A stretch of 64,000 bases of DNA from Balamuthia mandrillaris (lineage: Eukaryota), in the NCBI GenBank assembly GCA_031835245.2, contig JAVKOQ020000039.1, positions 186,001 through 250,000 of the forward strand, written 5' to 3'. This document shows, in pieces, positions 45,841 through 59,732 of this stretch (positions are counted from its first letter, which is position 1; each line of letters starts with the position of its first letter). Under the pieces are notes generated by a model. The model had not been told where the DNA came from. It made no database searches and saw only the letters and a program-made list of their open reading frames with translations. The translations under genes and the position numbers were made by a program.

Positions 45841-46464
45841 AGGCAGCAGGAAAGATCAAACGTGCTTGAAGTGGAGCTGAGAACGGTGTTGGAAGAAACA
45901 GAGGTTAGGGTAAGGCTAGCATTGTAGCTGTAATTGGCAATAAACCAAACGAGGCAGAAGACTAGCGCTATCTTGGCAAGTTCCCGCGAGCTGAACGGTG
46001 CGACGGTGATTGTGGAAGCGGTGGTGTTGATGCTCAGTGCCTCCTCTTCGTCTTGAAGGTTTGTGTAGCGGTGACCAGCCTGCATTTTATCTTTTGCCTC
46101 ACCACCTTCAGAGCCAGCTTTCTTTCGAAAACATCTGTGGATGGTTCATTACAGGAAAAAGGGTGTAAATGACAGCGAGACACGATTGTTCCAGTGAAAC
46201 TACTCACTTGAGGTCGCGAATGTAGTCCAACAAGTAGATCGAGAAAAGAGAAGTGGAAAAGTAGGTCAGGAAGAAGGGATGTCCAAAGTGGTTGTCCTTA
46301 AAGATAAACTGCATTAACTCGCTAGAGCTCACCCAAATGAACACCACCCCGACCATAAGCCCAACCCCTAAAATCCAGCGTAGTCGTAGTCGAGGAGCAT
46401 CGGAGGGACCAACGGCAAGGATGGGCTTCCCAGCGGATTGTTCTCTCTCTCGTTCTTCTGCCAT
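44909..46464 (-). CDS. SLC35F5/Thi74-like EamA transporter
   Basis: PFFLTYFSTSLF, WFIANYSYNASLTLTSVSSNTVLSSTS, LTSPLVGTVGLSLSIP. Confidence 0.9.
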
Positions 46465-46847
46465 CGTTTTCCTTTTTCTTTTCCTATTTTTTTATATCAA
46501 ATCGTGTCGTCATGGACAAGGAGGAATCTCCTAACAACCTGTTGCCATGAGACGGTTTCTTGGCAACTGACCCGGCTCAGCCCTATTTTTGGCGTGCCTT
46601 CTTCTTTGCGTGCGGCGCCACCAACAAAAGGGGGGCACGCCGCAAGAGAGAGAGAGAGAAGAAAGGGAGGGCTTTTCCAACAACAGCAAAAAATTAAAAA
46701 ATATATATATAGCAGAGTGTACATCCTCCTCCCTCCTTCTGCCTTTGTTGTTGTTCTTTGTCTTTCTTCTGTTGCAAAACAAAACAGCGCTGTTGTCTGT
46801 GGTTCGCTTACATTCATTCCTATACATAAAAAGAAACCTTGAAAGAA

Positions 46848-47426
46848 ATGGCGGAAGGGCAGAAAGATTACTTGAAGGAAACAGGCGTGGACAAGATCTT
46901 GGAGGCGCTGGCCTCTCAGCTCTACGCTGAAAAACCAGCCAACGCTGTGGACTACTTGGTTCAGTACCTCCAAGACAACAAAGAGCAATTGGAGCAAGAG
47001 CTTAAGAAAACCACTCACCAGCAACAAGGCGTTGAAGAGGACAAGGGCAAAGACAAACTTAACAAATCCTCTCTTCAACGCGAAGAAGAGGAAGAGGACG
47101 AAGCAGGTATGGACGTCGGTGGAGCTTCTGGTGCTGCACCCGAGCTCGAGGAGGAAGACGCACACTTTTTGTCAATGAGGAGCGCGCCCAGACGCCGCAT
47201 GGCCATCTGCAGCGAGCCCGTCGACACTAACGAGCTGGAAGAGCGGCCCTATGAAGCTGCCGTGCCCAAAGACCCTGAAACACAGCAGAGGTTGGAGCGC
47301 GCCCTCCGCCACAACATTCTTTTTGCCCACCTTGAAGAGGAGGAGCGCAAAGAAGTTTTCGACGCTATGTTCGTCGTTCATCACAAAGCCGGTGACATTA
47401 TCATTAAACAGGGTCTCTCCCTCCTT

Positions 47427-47460
<34 letters not shown>

Positions 47461-48357
47461 TTCCTTTGTGCGCAAGTCTCACATGTTCATTATTGTAGGT
47501 GATGCTGGAGACAACTTTTATGTGGTGGATTCTGGTCAGTGCGAGGTTTGGGTGGAAAAGGAGGGCCAACCAGCTGAGAAGGTGATGGTTGTTGGCGAGT
47601 ATGGCAGCTTTGGAGAGCTCGCTTTGATATATGGAACCGCAAGGGCTGCCACCGTCAAGGTATGCCATCCTTTGTTTTCTTTTAACTTTGTTATGGTGAT
47701 ACCAACAATGACAAATAATAGGCAACAACAGACTGCACACTGTGGGCAATTGGTCGTGTGACCTACAGACGTATCTTGATGGGAGCTACCATTCGAAAGC
47801 GAAAACTCTACGAGAGCTTCCTAGAGAAGGTGCCCATTTTGGGTACGCGTTCTCCTCAGTCTTTTGTGCTTGGTGTTGCATGATACTGACACATGTGTGC
47901 CTAACAGCGCCGCTCTCCAAGTATGAAAGGTTGACAGTAGCGGATGCCCTGGAGCCTGCTCTCTTCAAGGATGGGGAGGTTATTGTACACCAAGGTGCCG
48001 AGGGCGACACATTCTATATTATTGTGGAGGTATGTACACCGCTCTTGTTGCTCTTTTGTTGTGTCAGGAGAGAGAACGTTGGCAGTCACTAAGGAAGACG
48101 TGCAGGGAGAGGTCAAGGTCCTCCAGAAGCAGGAAAATGGGGAGGCAGCAGAGATAGCAAGACTACACTCTTCGTCCTACTTTGGAGAGATATCCTTGTT
48201 GACAAACAGACCACGGGCTGCTACTGTGGTTGCTGTTGGCGATTGTAAGTGCGTGAAGATGGACCGCGACCGCTTTGTGCGTGTGATGGGACCCTGTGAA
48301 GACATCCTGCGCCGCAACATGCAGGTCTATAACCAGTACATGTCTACCAAGATTTAA
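46848..48357 (+). CDS. pkaR: cAMP-dependent protein kinase regulatory subunit
   Basis: RRRMAICSE pseudosubstrate; two phosphate-binding cassettes [15 protein letters not shown] and [15 protein letters not shown]. Confidence 0.95.
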
Positions 48358-48533
48358 ACCCGATTCAATTTTTTTTTAAATTTTATCAAACCTTGCTAGT
48401 AAGCTTTCTCTCTCCCTCACCCTCCCTCGCCTACCTCCTTGGGTGATCTCTTCAGCAGGAACGGATTGTTAAAAAAAGATTTCGCTTGTAAATCGCATAA
48501 CAAGAATTAATTGTTATTTCTTTGTGAAAAAAT

Positions 48534-48708
48534 AAATGTGGGTGGCACTCCTTTTGGGTCCGCAAGCAAGCGTGAACCGGTTTGAAGGGCTCAGCACAGG
48601 CGGACCCAACATAAACAGAAGCCAACACCTTTTCGAAAATTATAATCTCGCTCCAAAGCGAACCAAACCGCTTGACCAAAAATGCAAGCGGCTGGATTAG
48701 AGGGAGCA
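48534..48708 (-). ncRNA. Box H/ACA snoRNA guiding 28S pseudouridylation (snR5/SNORA52-like)
   Basis: Hairpin - AGATTA H box (48643-48648) - hairpin - ACA+3 nt (48537-48539); pocket CTCTAAT/TTCGCTTT is complementary to 28S AAAGCGAA-UG-AUUAGAG. Confidence 0.8.
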
Positions 48709-49120
48709 CATTTTGTAGGCAATTGCCACCAATAAAACTCAAACTCAAACTCCTCTCCACACACACAACACTCCTCTCTTGTTAACCTGGTTCAGTAGTA
48801 GGGGGTGGGTGGGTGGGGTACAAACTCAACCCAAACTCCTCTCCACACGCACACGTACACTCTCCTAGAAAAAAATTATAATAATAATAAAAAAAAGGGG
48901 ATGGTGGTGGTAGTGGGATGAAAAAGAAAAAAAAAAAAGAGAGGGGGTCGCCTGAGGAGTAATTTGTGGGGTACTTCAGCTAACCAAAAGAACAGCAGGA
49001 GGGAGGGAGGGGTTTCTTTTGTGAAGCAGCAGCAGCAGGCAGACCCACACAGAAGAGAAACAAAGGGCCGCTTTTGCCTCTGTAACTCGCTTTCGCAGCA
49101 GTAACCAGCAAGCCAACATT

Positions 49121-50219
49121 ATGTGGTCACGACCTACGGGGCCTAGTTACGATGCGCAGCTGGAGAGGTTGTTGCAAGAGTCGACCATAACCCAAGAGCA
49201 TGTCAACTATCTCTACCACATTAAGAGGGAACAGTGCAAAAGAGGAGACCGTAACAGCCGCGCACACGCTGTCACTTTTGGCAAAGAAAAGCATTGCATA
49301 GACAACCCCAACTGTTTTATTGCGCTTGGGGAGTTGGAGCGGATCAAGGCCGACGAGGAGGCTGTTCTCGTTAAACGCATCGGCAGCAACCCCCAGGAAT
49401 TGCTGCGGGAGGGCGAACGCTTTGTCGGCCTCAAGGTCTCCCTTTTTCTATTCGTGAGAGAGAGAGAGAGAGAGAGGAAATGCTTGAGCAGCGACAATAG
49501 TGGAGAGTTCTTTTATATGTTTTTGGCCAAGTGGAAAAAAGCTAACGCCGATGCTTCATGTATAGAACTTGGGTGCTACATGTTACATGAACAGTCTGTT
49601 GCAGGCTTTGTACATGAACAAGGCGTTTAGGCAAGGAGTATTTGACTGGTCTCCCGAAGAAACTACAGAAGAAGATAGCGCTGAGGTAATTGTCCTATTT
49701 CTCCCTTTCTATTTGTCGTTTGGGTTCGTTATATATCTTCTGTTGCCATAATTGTTTTATGCTATTTTGTTTGGAGGCAACGTGCTAACATGACTTTTGT
49801 GTTGTTGTTTTCAGAAAGCGGGAGAGCCAATGACAGAGGATGACGTTTGCTTCCAGTTTCGCCTTCTCTTTGCGCACTTGCAGCATGGCACGCAAAAGTA
49901 TTTTGCTCCGTATAGATTTACGAAAAGTTTGAAGATCAAAACATCCATCCAACAAGATGCCCAGGAGTATGTCCCACACCTTCTGCTTAACATGTGCTCG
50001 CTCACTAACCACATTAATATTCAATCAACCAAAAAGGTTCTATAAACTTTTGATATCATATCTGGAGGCTAGGTTTGCTAAATCCCGCCACCCCCACGTT
50101 CGCAACTTGATCAAAAACCAGTTTGCTGGCAAGTATGCCTATGTTACCACTTGTAGCGCTTGCGACCGTATATCCCGCCAGAACGGCGAGTTTTATGAGC
50201 TAGAGCTTCATATCGAGGT

Positions 50220-50263
<44 letters not shown>

Positions 50264-53200
50264 TCAGCCTCTCTTAGGCCATTTGTATTGACTGTTGCTG
50301 CTGTATGGACATGATATAATAACAGGGCAAAAAGAATATTTTAGAAAGTTTTGAGCAGTATTTCGGCGATGAAGAACTGGAAGGGTACGAGATATTTTGA
50401 AGTATTTTTGTCATCTTTGGCTCGTTATAATATGAATGTATACAGGTATCTATGCGAAGGCTGTGGCGCCAGGCAAAAAGCATTGCGATGTATTAAACCG
50501 ATAACGCTACCACCAGTATTCTACCTTCTTGCTTTCTATATTTTGACCACCAACTTCTGTGTTACCTGACATTCAACTCTCTTTTGCTGTTATCAGGTAT
50601 TGCATTTGCAGCTGATGCGTTTTGTGTTCGACAAAAAGACAAACAACAAGAAGAAGGTGATGCAAGAAATCGAATTTCCAAAGGAGCTTGACCTCTCACA
50701 CTGGCTGCACGAACCTCTCAGTAGTTCTGACCAGTTGGTGTATGAAATCTATGCTGTAATTTGCCATTGTGGTCCCAGCGCTTATGGTACATAATCTCTC
50801 ACTTTTTTTTTTGCCGCAAGTGCTCGTTACATGCATGCTTATCCCTCCCTTCTTGTCTTTACAGGTGGTCACTACATCAGCTATATTCTTGATAACGAGT
50901 ACAATATCTTTCTTCCTCTTCCGTTCTCTGTCTCTCTCTGTCTCTCTGTCTCTCTGTCTCTCTGTCTCTCTCCTCTCTCTCTCTCTCTCTCTGTCTCTCG
51001 CCAACTCTAGCGTGTAATCATAACCCTCTTTTACTGTTGACGTTTAATTTATTCGTGTTTGGTTTGCTTTTGTTTGTTGCAAAGATCGAAAAAATGGTGG
51101 CGATTCGACGATGAAAAGGTGACAGAGTGTGATGAACTTCCGTTCTTTAAAAAACGGCCGCTCAATTTTGGGATCTCAACTCAATTCACTGCTGATAAGG
51201 GAATGGGTATTTGTGATTTCCCTCCTTCTACTCTTCTTCTGCTTGTCTAATAGGCTCTCTTTCCAGAGGAGTCACCCTACATGTTGCTGTACAGAAACAA
51301 GTTAATTATGGAGCGTTGGCCAGAACCCATTCCTCCCAAGGATGCTGCTAGTCTCGTGGAGCAAGAAACAGATTCATTCCTTCGTAGCGTGGAAAAATAT
51401 CACGAACAAAAAGAAGCGTTTATAGGCGATATTCAAGACGAGAAATACCAATTTAAACACATCTACAAGGTAGGTTTTGTGTGTTGCAGTTCGATTCCTT
51501 AAACTGAGAAAAATTTGCAGAGCTTATCTGTTGGCGAGAGAAATGACTACAATTGGATCAGCGCAGAATGGATCCGTCAATGGGTGCGCGGAAACATGCC
51601 CGGCCCAATAGACAATAGTAAAATTCTGTGCGCGCATGGCAAAGTTATCCCTGACCCTACCCTGTTGAAAAGGATCAGCACGGTATGTCCTCACTCAATG
51701 ATCTTTCAGTTAAGACCATCGCTAAATGTGCGTTATGTTCTCCAGTATGCTTGGGAAAACCTTCACCAGGAGTTCGGGGGTGGACCCGCACTGAGCCACG
51801 CCGATTGTTGCCTTCAGTGCACCAAGCGTTGGCGGGACGACATTGTCAAGGAAAGACAGGAGCTTAAGGAAAAAGAACGCATCGCCTCCAAATGCAGGGG
51901 CTTCACATATTCCGACACACCTGGCTTCTGGATATCCAAGCATTGGCTTAATCGTACTTATTCCTCTTTATGAGTAGCTATGCAAGAGTGAGAGAGAGAG
52001 AGAGAGAGCAAGGAAGAAGAAAGGAGAGAAGATCCCTCTTCAAAAGGAACTAATATTCTAAATTAGAATGGAAGAATGCAGCACCAAAAGACACATTGAT
52101 ACCCGACATGAACTTTGACATCAAGTGTGCTCATGGGAATATGGCACCAGACTCAAACGCAAGAGAACGGGTACCGGTAGAGGTATGGTCCTGGTTACGA
52201 GCCAAATATGACGACCCAAATTTGGTAGAGTTCCCAGCCCCTGCCACCAAACCCTGCCCAGAGTGCTTGGACCAAGAGAAAAAGCTAAAGGAGGAGCACG
52301 AGCAGATAAAGAAGGAGCGCAGAGAGGAATCCAGAGGCGCTCTTGCTGATGTGGTTTCAAAGAAGTACGATATGAACAAGCTGAAAAGCCCACGGGGAGA
52401 GGGTACCTTCTACCTAGTACCACAGTCATGGCTCGCCAAGTGGTGGAAGTATTTGGAGGATCCTTCTCGCTCCTCTCCTGGCCCAGTCGATAACACAGTG
52501 CTGCTGTGCCAAGAGCACGATGGTTTGCTATTCAATCTTGAAGAGCTACTTCGCCAGAGCGAGACCGAGAGACGGAGCCACAACGTCTTAGAGTGGGTTT
52601 CTGAGCCACAGTGGAACGAGCTTGTAGCCCGTCACGGAGGAGGCCCTCCTATCTCTTTTGCTGTAATCAAGAAGGACCAGTTCTATCAGGCTGGACGCCT
52701 CGTCTCAGACATCCAAGTCAAATCTGAGCCTAGTCTTTGCGAGCCTTGCTTGCTCCAGCGCATCCACCAAGAGCGGCTTGACCTGCTTAACTTCAAGAAC
52801 AAGAAAGTCACTGTCAAAGAAGGCCACAAAGACAGCACTATCACATACAGTTATAACAGTACGTGTTTGTTTGTTTGTTTGTTTGTTTGTTTGTTTGTTT
52901 GTTTGTTTGTTTGTTTGTTTGTTTGTTTGTTTGTTTGTTTGTTTGTTTGTTTGTTTGTTTTTGTGTGTTAGTTGGTTGGTTGGTTTTTCCATTGAAAAGG
53001 TGGCTTGTTTCTCTTGCTGACATCGTTCGTAATAACAGAGTTCGAGGCGGAGGTCAGTTGCGATACAACAGTGGAGCATCTGAAAATGTTAATTTTACAG
53101 CACATGGACATAATGCCCTTCCAACAAATGGTCTTTTATGGAAGTGTAATGTTAGACAAAGACCAGGCTGTCTTGCGTGATTATGACGTGCTTCCTGGTA

Positions 53201-53628
53201 GCACCTTGGTTGTAGTTAAGCACGACGGGGTTCCCATGGAGGTTGTCCATAGTCACCCAGCAGAGAACCACGCCCCCGAGACAGGCTTCCAAGACACGGC
53301 CTTGCTTGGCTCCTCCACCTCCTTCTCCTCTTCCTCCATCACCACTTCCTCATCCTCTACTTCCGACGTTGTTGACAGCATGGAGACCACCGCCACCCCT
53401 CAACAAGCTCAACAACGGCCAGAAGAGAGCCACCCTCCTTTGCGGCAAACATCCCAAGGCCAAAGCGCTTCTCCCACACAGCAACATCGGAGAGACGCGA
53501 CGCCCCCAGCAACAGTGACGGAAGAAAGTGGCAATGAGGGGTGGACATGTTCCTACTGTACATTCATCAACGAACAAAAAGAGGCCCCTGTTTGTGCCGT
53601 CTGTGAACAGCAGCGCATTGGCTTTTAG
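49121..53628 (+). CDS. USP48: USP48/UBP26-like ubiquitin-specific protease (USP, DUSPs, UBL, C-terminal RanBP2-type zinc finger)
   Basis: [16 protein letters not shown]ys box, [17 protein letters not shown], His box [22 protein letters not shown] motifs, [11 protein letters not shown]. Confidence 0.88.
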
Positions 53629-53762
53629 TGCCTTTCACTCCTATCCGCTGCTGCACCACTTTGCATTAAACTGTCTAACGTCCCCCACTCTTCCTCTTTC
53701 TTCTCTCTTCTATGTTCTCTCTTTCATATTGCGGCAAGTGATAAGTGGAGGGGGAGAGTTTG

Positions 53763-54663
53763 TTATTTTTGCTGGTCTGGTTCTAGCTTGGCAACGAGGT
53801 GAGTGAGAAGGTGGCTCATGACGGGTTGCCCTCTCTTTGTTCGCTTACGCAGCTGTGCGCTCTTCTGCTTCCGCTCCTGCCTCTTTCTCTTCTTTTGCGA
53901 CTCTCGAAGGCGCCGTGCTTCCTCTTCTTTACGTTTTACTTCTTGCTTCTGCTCCCACAACTGTTTTTCCTTGTAAAGTCGGTCCGGCTTTGCATTTTTT
54001 CTCTTCTCCACTGCATCGTCCACATACTTGTGCGCTGCGGTACTGTTTTCTTCCCGCTCTTTTTCTTCTGTGTTCTCTTCTTTTTCTTTCAGTTCGGTTT
54101 CTTCTTCTTCTTCTTCACCTTTTTCTTTTCTAGACCGACGAAACTGTTGCTGCGTGAAAAGTTCCAGTTCTTCTTTGTCCTTTCCATCCAGCTCGCCGCT
54201 GAAAACCTGCCCATTCAACCAACAAGAGAGATGAGTGTGATGCCACGAGCAGTTGGGGGAAGCACCAACGAACCTTGTCATAGAAGCTCTGCCCACTCTC
54301 GCGTTTTGATTTAGACTCAGTTATTTGTGGTTGGGGTTCCTGGCCTAGTTTCTTCTTTAGCCGCTGGTAGCTGCGCACGGTTTTTGATTTCTGGTAAAAC
54401 TTCTGCTTTTCCTCTGAGAGAAGAACCACAGTGAGCCAACAGTCGCGCCACTCACACAAAGGCGAGGCGCTCAGCCAGAGGGGGGGTTAGAGGGGTGGAA
54501 ACGCACGGAGTAATTTCACGGTTTGCCGGGGATTAGAATTTCCTTTCAGCAGGCTTATCGATGTTTCATTTCGTTTTTTGGGGGCAGCCCTTCCTCTATC
54601 TCCTCCTCCTCCTCCTCCTCCTCTTCCTCTTTCTCCTCCTCTTCCTCTTCCTCCTCTTTGCAT
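53763..54663 (-). CDS. CCDC59/TAP26/FYV7-like rRNA-processing protein
   Basis: RGG-rich start; C-terminal RKRTKRGQPVMSHLLTHLVAKL. Confidence 0.7.
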
Positions 54664-54745
54664 CTTTTTCCTTCTTTTTTCTTTTTTAATTTTCTTTTTT
54701 TTTATTCTAAGTTTTTATTTTTTGCAGACAGCCAAGTGGAGAAGA

Positions 54746-56412
54746 TTAGCTGGAAGAAGGGCCGCCTTGGCTCGAGCCATCGCTCTCTTCTTGTTTCTTT
54801 CTGATGAAGTCAATTTTTACCTTTTCTTTCTTCAGCTCATTCACGATGTCGTGAAGAAGGTCATCAATCAGCTCTGCCTGCAAAGGCAAAGAGGGGCGTA
54901 TTATGTATTAGTGCAAGAGAAAAAGAGAAAGGGAACGACGGGCGAGGCAGAGCAGGAGGTACGCACTTGTGCGGTTTTATAGACATGCCTTTGAATGTCT
55001 TCGTGGGGGGTAACAAAGGTAAGGAACTTATCACCAGAGGTCCACACCTTTATTTCTCTGAAGCCATATGTTTTTGTTTTCTTTCATATTTTGGTCATTA
55101 AGTCAGCCTCAAGATAGCAAAATGTAACTGGAGGAGAGAAACAGACCATCTGTCTGGGGTCAATAACGTGCAAACCCTCCATATTTACACCGACGCGCAC
55201 TTCGCCCTGGAACGGATGTTCAAAGAATGAGGTGGTGTCCGGTGTGTAGTCGGCAATGAAGAATGTGGAGCCATAGTACTTCCATTGTCTAACACGTTGT
55301 AGGTATAGCAGTTCCACGATGAAGGGGTCTTTTCCGGAGCACTGCTTGTGTTTTTCCTGCAGCCGACCGATGGGAAAACTGCATTTAAGGAAAATATATG
55401 GCGACACCAGTATGATAAAGGTGAGGATGAAGGTACCAATATCATCGCCTCACACTCTTGTGTGTTCAGCTTGGAAACGAGGTGGTGCGGGACATATAGG
55501 TTCAGATTTTTGCTGGTTGCAGAAAGGCAACGAAACGGAACAGATAAAATCAGTACAACCAAACGGAGATGAGCTGGCCAAACATAAGAGGGTCAACACA
55601 ACGTACTCGTTCATGAGATATCCCTCCACATGCATTTCAGGATTGTGGTCGCCAACAGTCCTCTGTAGCTGCAAACCAGCTAGCTCCACTGCCAGATCGG
55701 GCTCACAGGGATAGTTGGAATGTATAACATTATAGACAGCTTGCGTGTAGAACAGGTACACCGCCATTGGATCTGCAGTTATGCGTTCACTCCAGTTAGT
55801 GATGGGCAGAACATGAGTTTGCTGTTGCAGAGTATGCACCCTTAATGTTTCTTTCAACAGAAAGGGGGAGGATAGCTGTTGTCCTGAACTTCAACTTCAT
55901 TTCAGGCACATCGGTCTTGGCGAGGGGGTTTATCTCTTTGGCAGTTTTCCAGGCACGGTTCATGGAGTTGGGTAAGGAGGCATTTCCTTCTGCTTCATGA
56001 TACTTGAGGAACGTCTTTGGCCATCTTTTGAATACCTTCTGAAGTTTTTCGCCAGCATAAAGCAATATTTCTACAAAACGTAACATTTTTAACTCGTTGT
56101 TTCCCACAAACGTCTCTCAAGGAAAACGACTCACCCAACGTGTCACAGGATGCCCACAAGTAAAAGCATTCCGCTCCCTTATTTTTTTGTCAACCATAAA
56201 AGTGTAAAAGCGCAACCTGAGAAGGTTAAGAAACTAGAAAATGCTACCTCCCTGGACAGACCAAGCTTTTCCACGACCTGCAGCCACAAGTCTTCCACGG
56301 TGTCTCTTTTGTGGAAGATATAACTCTTGTAGCTTCCGTCCATGAAATATACCTTGATGTTTCCCCCGTCTGCAGGGCAGGCGCTGCCCGTTAGCCTTCG
56401 CAACGTATTCAT
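54746..56412 (-). CDS. FERM domain protein, multi-exon
   Basis: IKVYFMDGS, YTQAVYNVIHSNYPC..LAGLQLQ..GDH, YLQRVRQWKYYGSTFF, VGVNMEGLHVID. Confidence 0.85.
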
Positions 56413-56742
56413 AATGGCCTCTCACGGTAGGTTCTCTGGAAGACGGGAGCACACAAGGCGAGAGTATGAAGAGAGAAATTTGGCTTTACAGAGCAGCAGC
56501 AGCAACAACAACTACACGCTTGGATAAGAGCAGGAAGGGGCACGGTTTCTGTGTTTAAAAGAGAAAAAGGTTTGAGCAACCCATTTTGGACAAAAGTGCC
56601 CCTCAGGTGATCTTCTTGATCTCCCGCCAAATTTTCCACTGGAGCGATGCGCGTATCACCACCCCATCATCATCTCGCAACAACCACAACCACAAAACAA
56701 CACAGAGAAAGGGCAAGTGGCCAGCCATAGATTGATAGACGG

Positions 56743-59732
56743 ATGCGTAACAACACAACTGCTAGAAGCTGCAGTAGCTCAAAGCGCAGGCTAAGCTGTG
56801 CATGGGGTGCTCTAGCCAGCAGAACCGACAGCTCTTCCGGCGCACCCCCCTCCCCAGCAAAAGGAGAGCAAGGTGGGACCTGCGACAAAGAAAACGCACC
56901 AAATAACGTTGCCGTTGTGTCATTCTTGGAAGAGAACGATGACGCCGCCGAGAAAAGAAGAGCGCGGCTAAAGTCATTGTCGCGAACCTCTAGCGTTTTC
57001 AATAATATTAATTCGCCGGTTGCAACGAGTAGGCGCGTGTCAATTGCTCGTCGCCGTTCTGGTGCTGCTGCTCGGTCTTCTGAACAACGAACACATCTCT
57101 CTGGTACTCAACTTAGAGAGCTCTATTCTAACTGTATCAAGCTTAGTGCAGAGAACGTATGTACAAACCTGCCTGTTTCTCTTCTTGTGCCATACTAACT
57201 CCTCTCTTTTTGCAGAAAATAACACAGAAAAACTCGTGGGCTCTCAACCTGATAGACCATATTGATGACGTGCTGCAAACGCAACATCAAAGCGCCGAGA
57301 CAGAGAGTGGTGTCGCGAACTTCCAAGCTGCAAGCTGCACCCTCGACGCCAGTGTCAAAATATACTCCTGTCGAGTGGATTCCATACACAATGAAGCCTA
57401 CCGCGTGTTGGGAGGCCTTTCTCGGACTGCCAAGGAACGAGATACTGATTCTGGTAGATCCTCTCTTTCTCTCGTTCTCTTTCTTTCACTTAACTCCTCC
57501 ATCTTCCCTCTGATATCCTCGCGCTTCTTTTTTCTCTCCCACCGGGTGATGCTGGCTGGGCCAAGAGAGTTGTGAATGATACCGTTGGGAATGGATGGTA
57601 ATGACTGATGCTTTCTGGTCCCTACAGATGGAAACGGACATGAAGATGGTGATGGGAACGGGCAAGATGCAACAGCGGGACAAGGAAATGGGCCAAAGCG
57701 GAGAAGAAAAGCCAAGGCTAATACTCTAGAAACTAACCCAGAGGCCTTGCAATTAAAGACGTTTGACCTGGAGTTTGCTGTGGATCCTTTGTTTCGTAAA
57801 ACTAGCGCCTCCTTCGATGAAGGAGGAGCCCGCGGTCTACTTCTGAATCACATTTGCGTTTACAACCTTTGTGATCTGGTCTTTGACTCCACGGACGCTG
57901 TGCTGAAGGCAGGTTCCTCCATCAGCGAAGACGAAGGAATGAACACACCAGTGAAGGACCTCACAGCCCTGCAGCAGTATATCCTATCGGACCTGAGCCA
58001 ATTGTCTTCGAAACAGCTGTGCCCTGGTTTCGAAGAGTTTCGGAGTGCGTTCAAGGAACACCAGCTTCCTTCAGGGAAGATCCCTTCCAAACAAAGCTTT
58101 GCCGAAGAAGCGCAATCCCTTTTGCGCTTGGAGGAGCAATTAAGTGGACGTGTCCCGCCGAGCGAGCACCAAGGGGGCGTTGGTTTTTTTTCAAGAGCAG
58201 AGAGATCGTTTGAAAACACCACCGACATTGAGGATGCCAATGATGATGACGAATACGACGAAGGCTTCTTTGCAACGGGGGAGGTTCCCCTAGATCATCA
58301 GCCTCATGGCACCAGCTACATTGACGCAACCTACCTTCAAACTACAACATTTGATATGGCAGCAACAGTTGCTAGGGATGATGGGCTACAATCGCTGTAC
58401 GAAGACGACCTGCAATTTCTGACCGGTGGCGAACCTGCCTTGAATTGGGCCGGACCCACTCACTGGAAATATCGTTCTCGTACAGGCACCACTAAGACGA
58501 ACAGTGGGTTTTCTGCCGATGGTGGTACATTTGGTTTCTGTTGTTGCTGCTGCACTGAAGATAAGAACAAACTCTAATTTTATTTCATTTATTCTGTACA
58601 GATGCGCATTCAGAGCATCAGACAAAACAAATGCTCAAGAAGGCCAGCAGAAAACGTGCTTTTATGATCGATTTTGCACAAGCAGCAAGTGCCATCAACT
58701 GGAGCCAAGCATTTTCTAGGTCTCGTGCTGCCACCACCCTTTCCCGAGCTGTGCAGGAGAGAACTAACGAAGACAGCACCACTTTGCCTCAGGATCTTCA
58801 TTATGACATCCGGTCCTTGCTCCATCTCTTTTGCAAGCCAAATGTTTCTGTAGCGTCACTGCGTTACGTAACACCTGCAGCCAGCAGCGACAATAGGACT
58901 ACCATTCCCAACCCAGGTAATTAGCCCAACGTTGACATATGTGTTAGTGTTGATGCAGTAACCAGTCGTATGTCTAATTTGGATGCTGTTGCAACAGATG
59001 CTACCACAGATAGCCCTACACTTCCATTTACGAATAGTGGAGAAGAAGTGATCTTTGAGAGCAACGCCGTAACTGAGGGTAGCTAGCTATCCCACCATCT
59101 AATACCTGCCGATCTTTGCTAATTGCTCACTATTCATCTCTCTTGTCAAAGCCTTTGGCAGTGCTCCAGCATCAGCTGACATAGACGATGAAGACCAACC
59201 AGCAGAGGAGTTCGTTGATGATGGTTTTCAGCTGGATGAAAGCTTTGAAGCTTCTCCTCCTGGAGAACAAAAAGATAAAGGTTTAGACTTGATTGAAGCA
59301 CCAAAGCAGGTGGAGAAGATATCAATCCGGTATGCTTCTGTTGCAAAGAAAGTGGATGTTATGCGGTTAAAGAGTGCACTGTGGAAAGAGATAATCCCGC
59401 CGAACAAGCAGGACAACAAGGAAGAGGACGAGTGCTCGCTTGAGCCTACCTTCCAACAAGTGCTCTCAAGCTTAGCACAGAAACCCAACAATAGAGGGCT
59501 TCTCTCTGACGTTTCTGTGCAATATTGCTTCATATGCTTGCTGCACTTGGCCAACGAAAAGGAACTCGAGTTGAATCCTCTGGTTGAATCAACGAACGCC
59601 CTCCTTCAATCTTACTCATCCTCGGCAGACTGCGGAGGAGAAGAACCAGACTCTAACCTCGCTGACTTTTACTCTCTGTCTCCTGCCATTGATATTTCAA
59701 TATCCGGCTGTGCCCATAGTGACTCGTGTTGA
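56743..59732 (+). CDS. NCAPH: Condensin I kleisin subunit H (Brn1/Cnd2)
   Basis: KITQKNSWALNLID, NFQAASCTLDASVKIYSCRVD, VDPLFRKTSASFDEGGARGLLLN, WAGPTHW, FICLLHLANEK. Confidence 0.95.
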
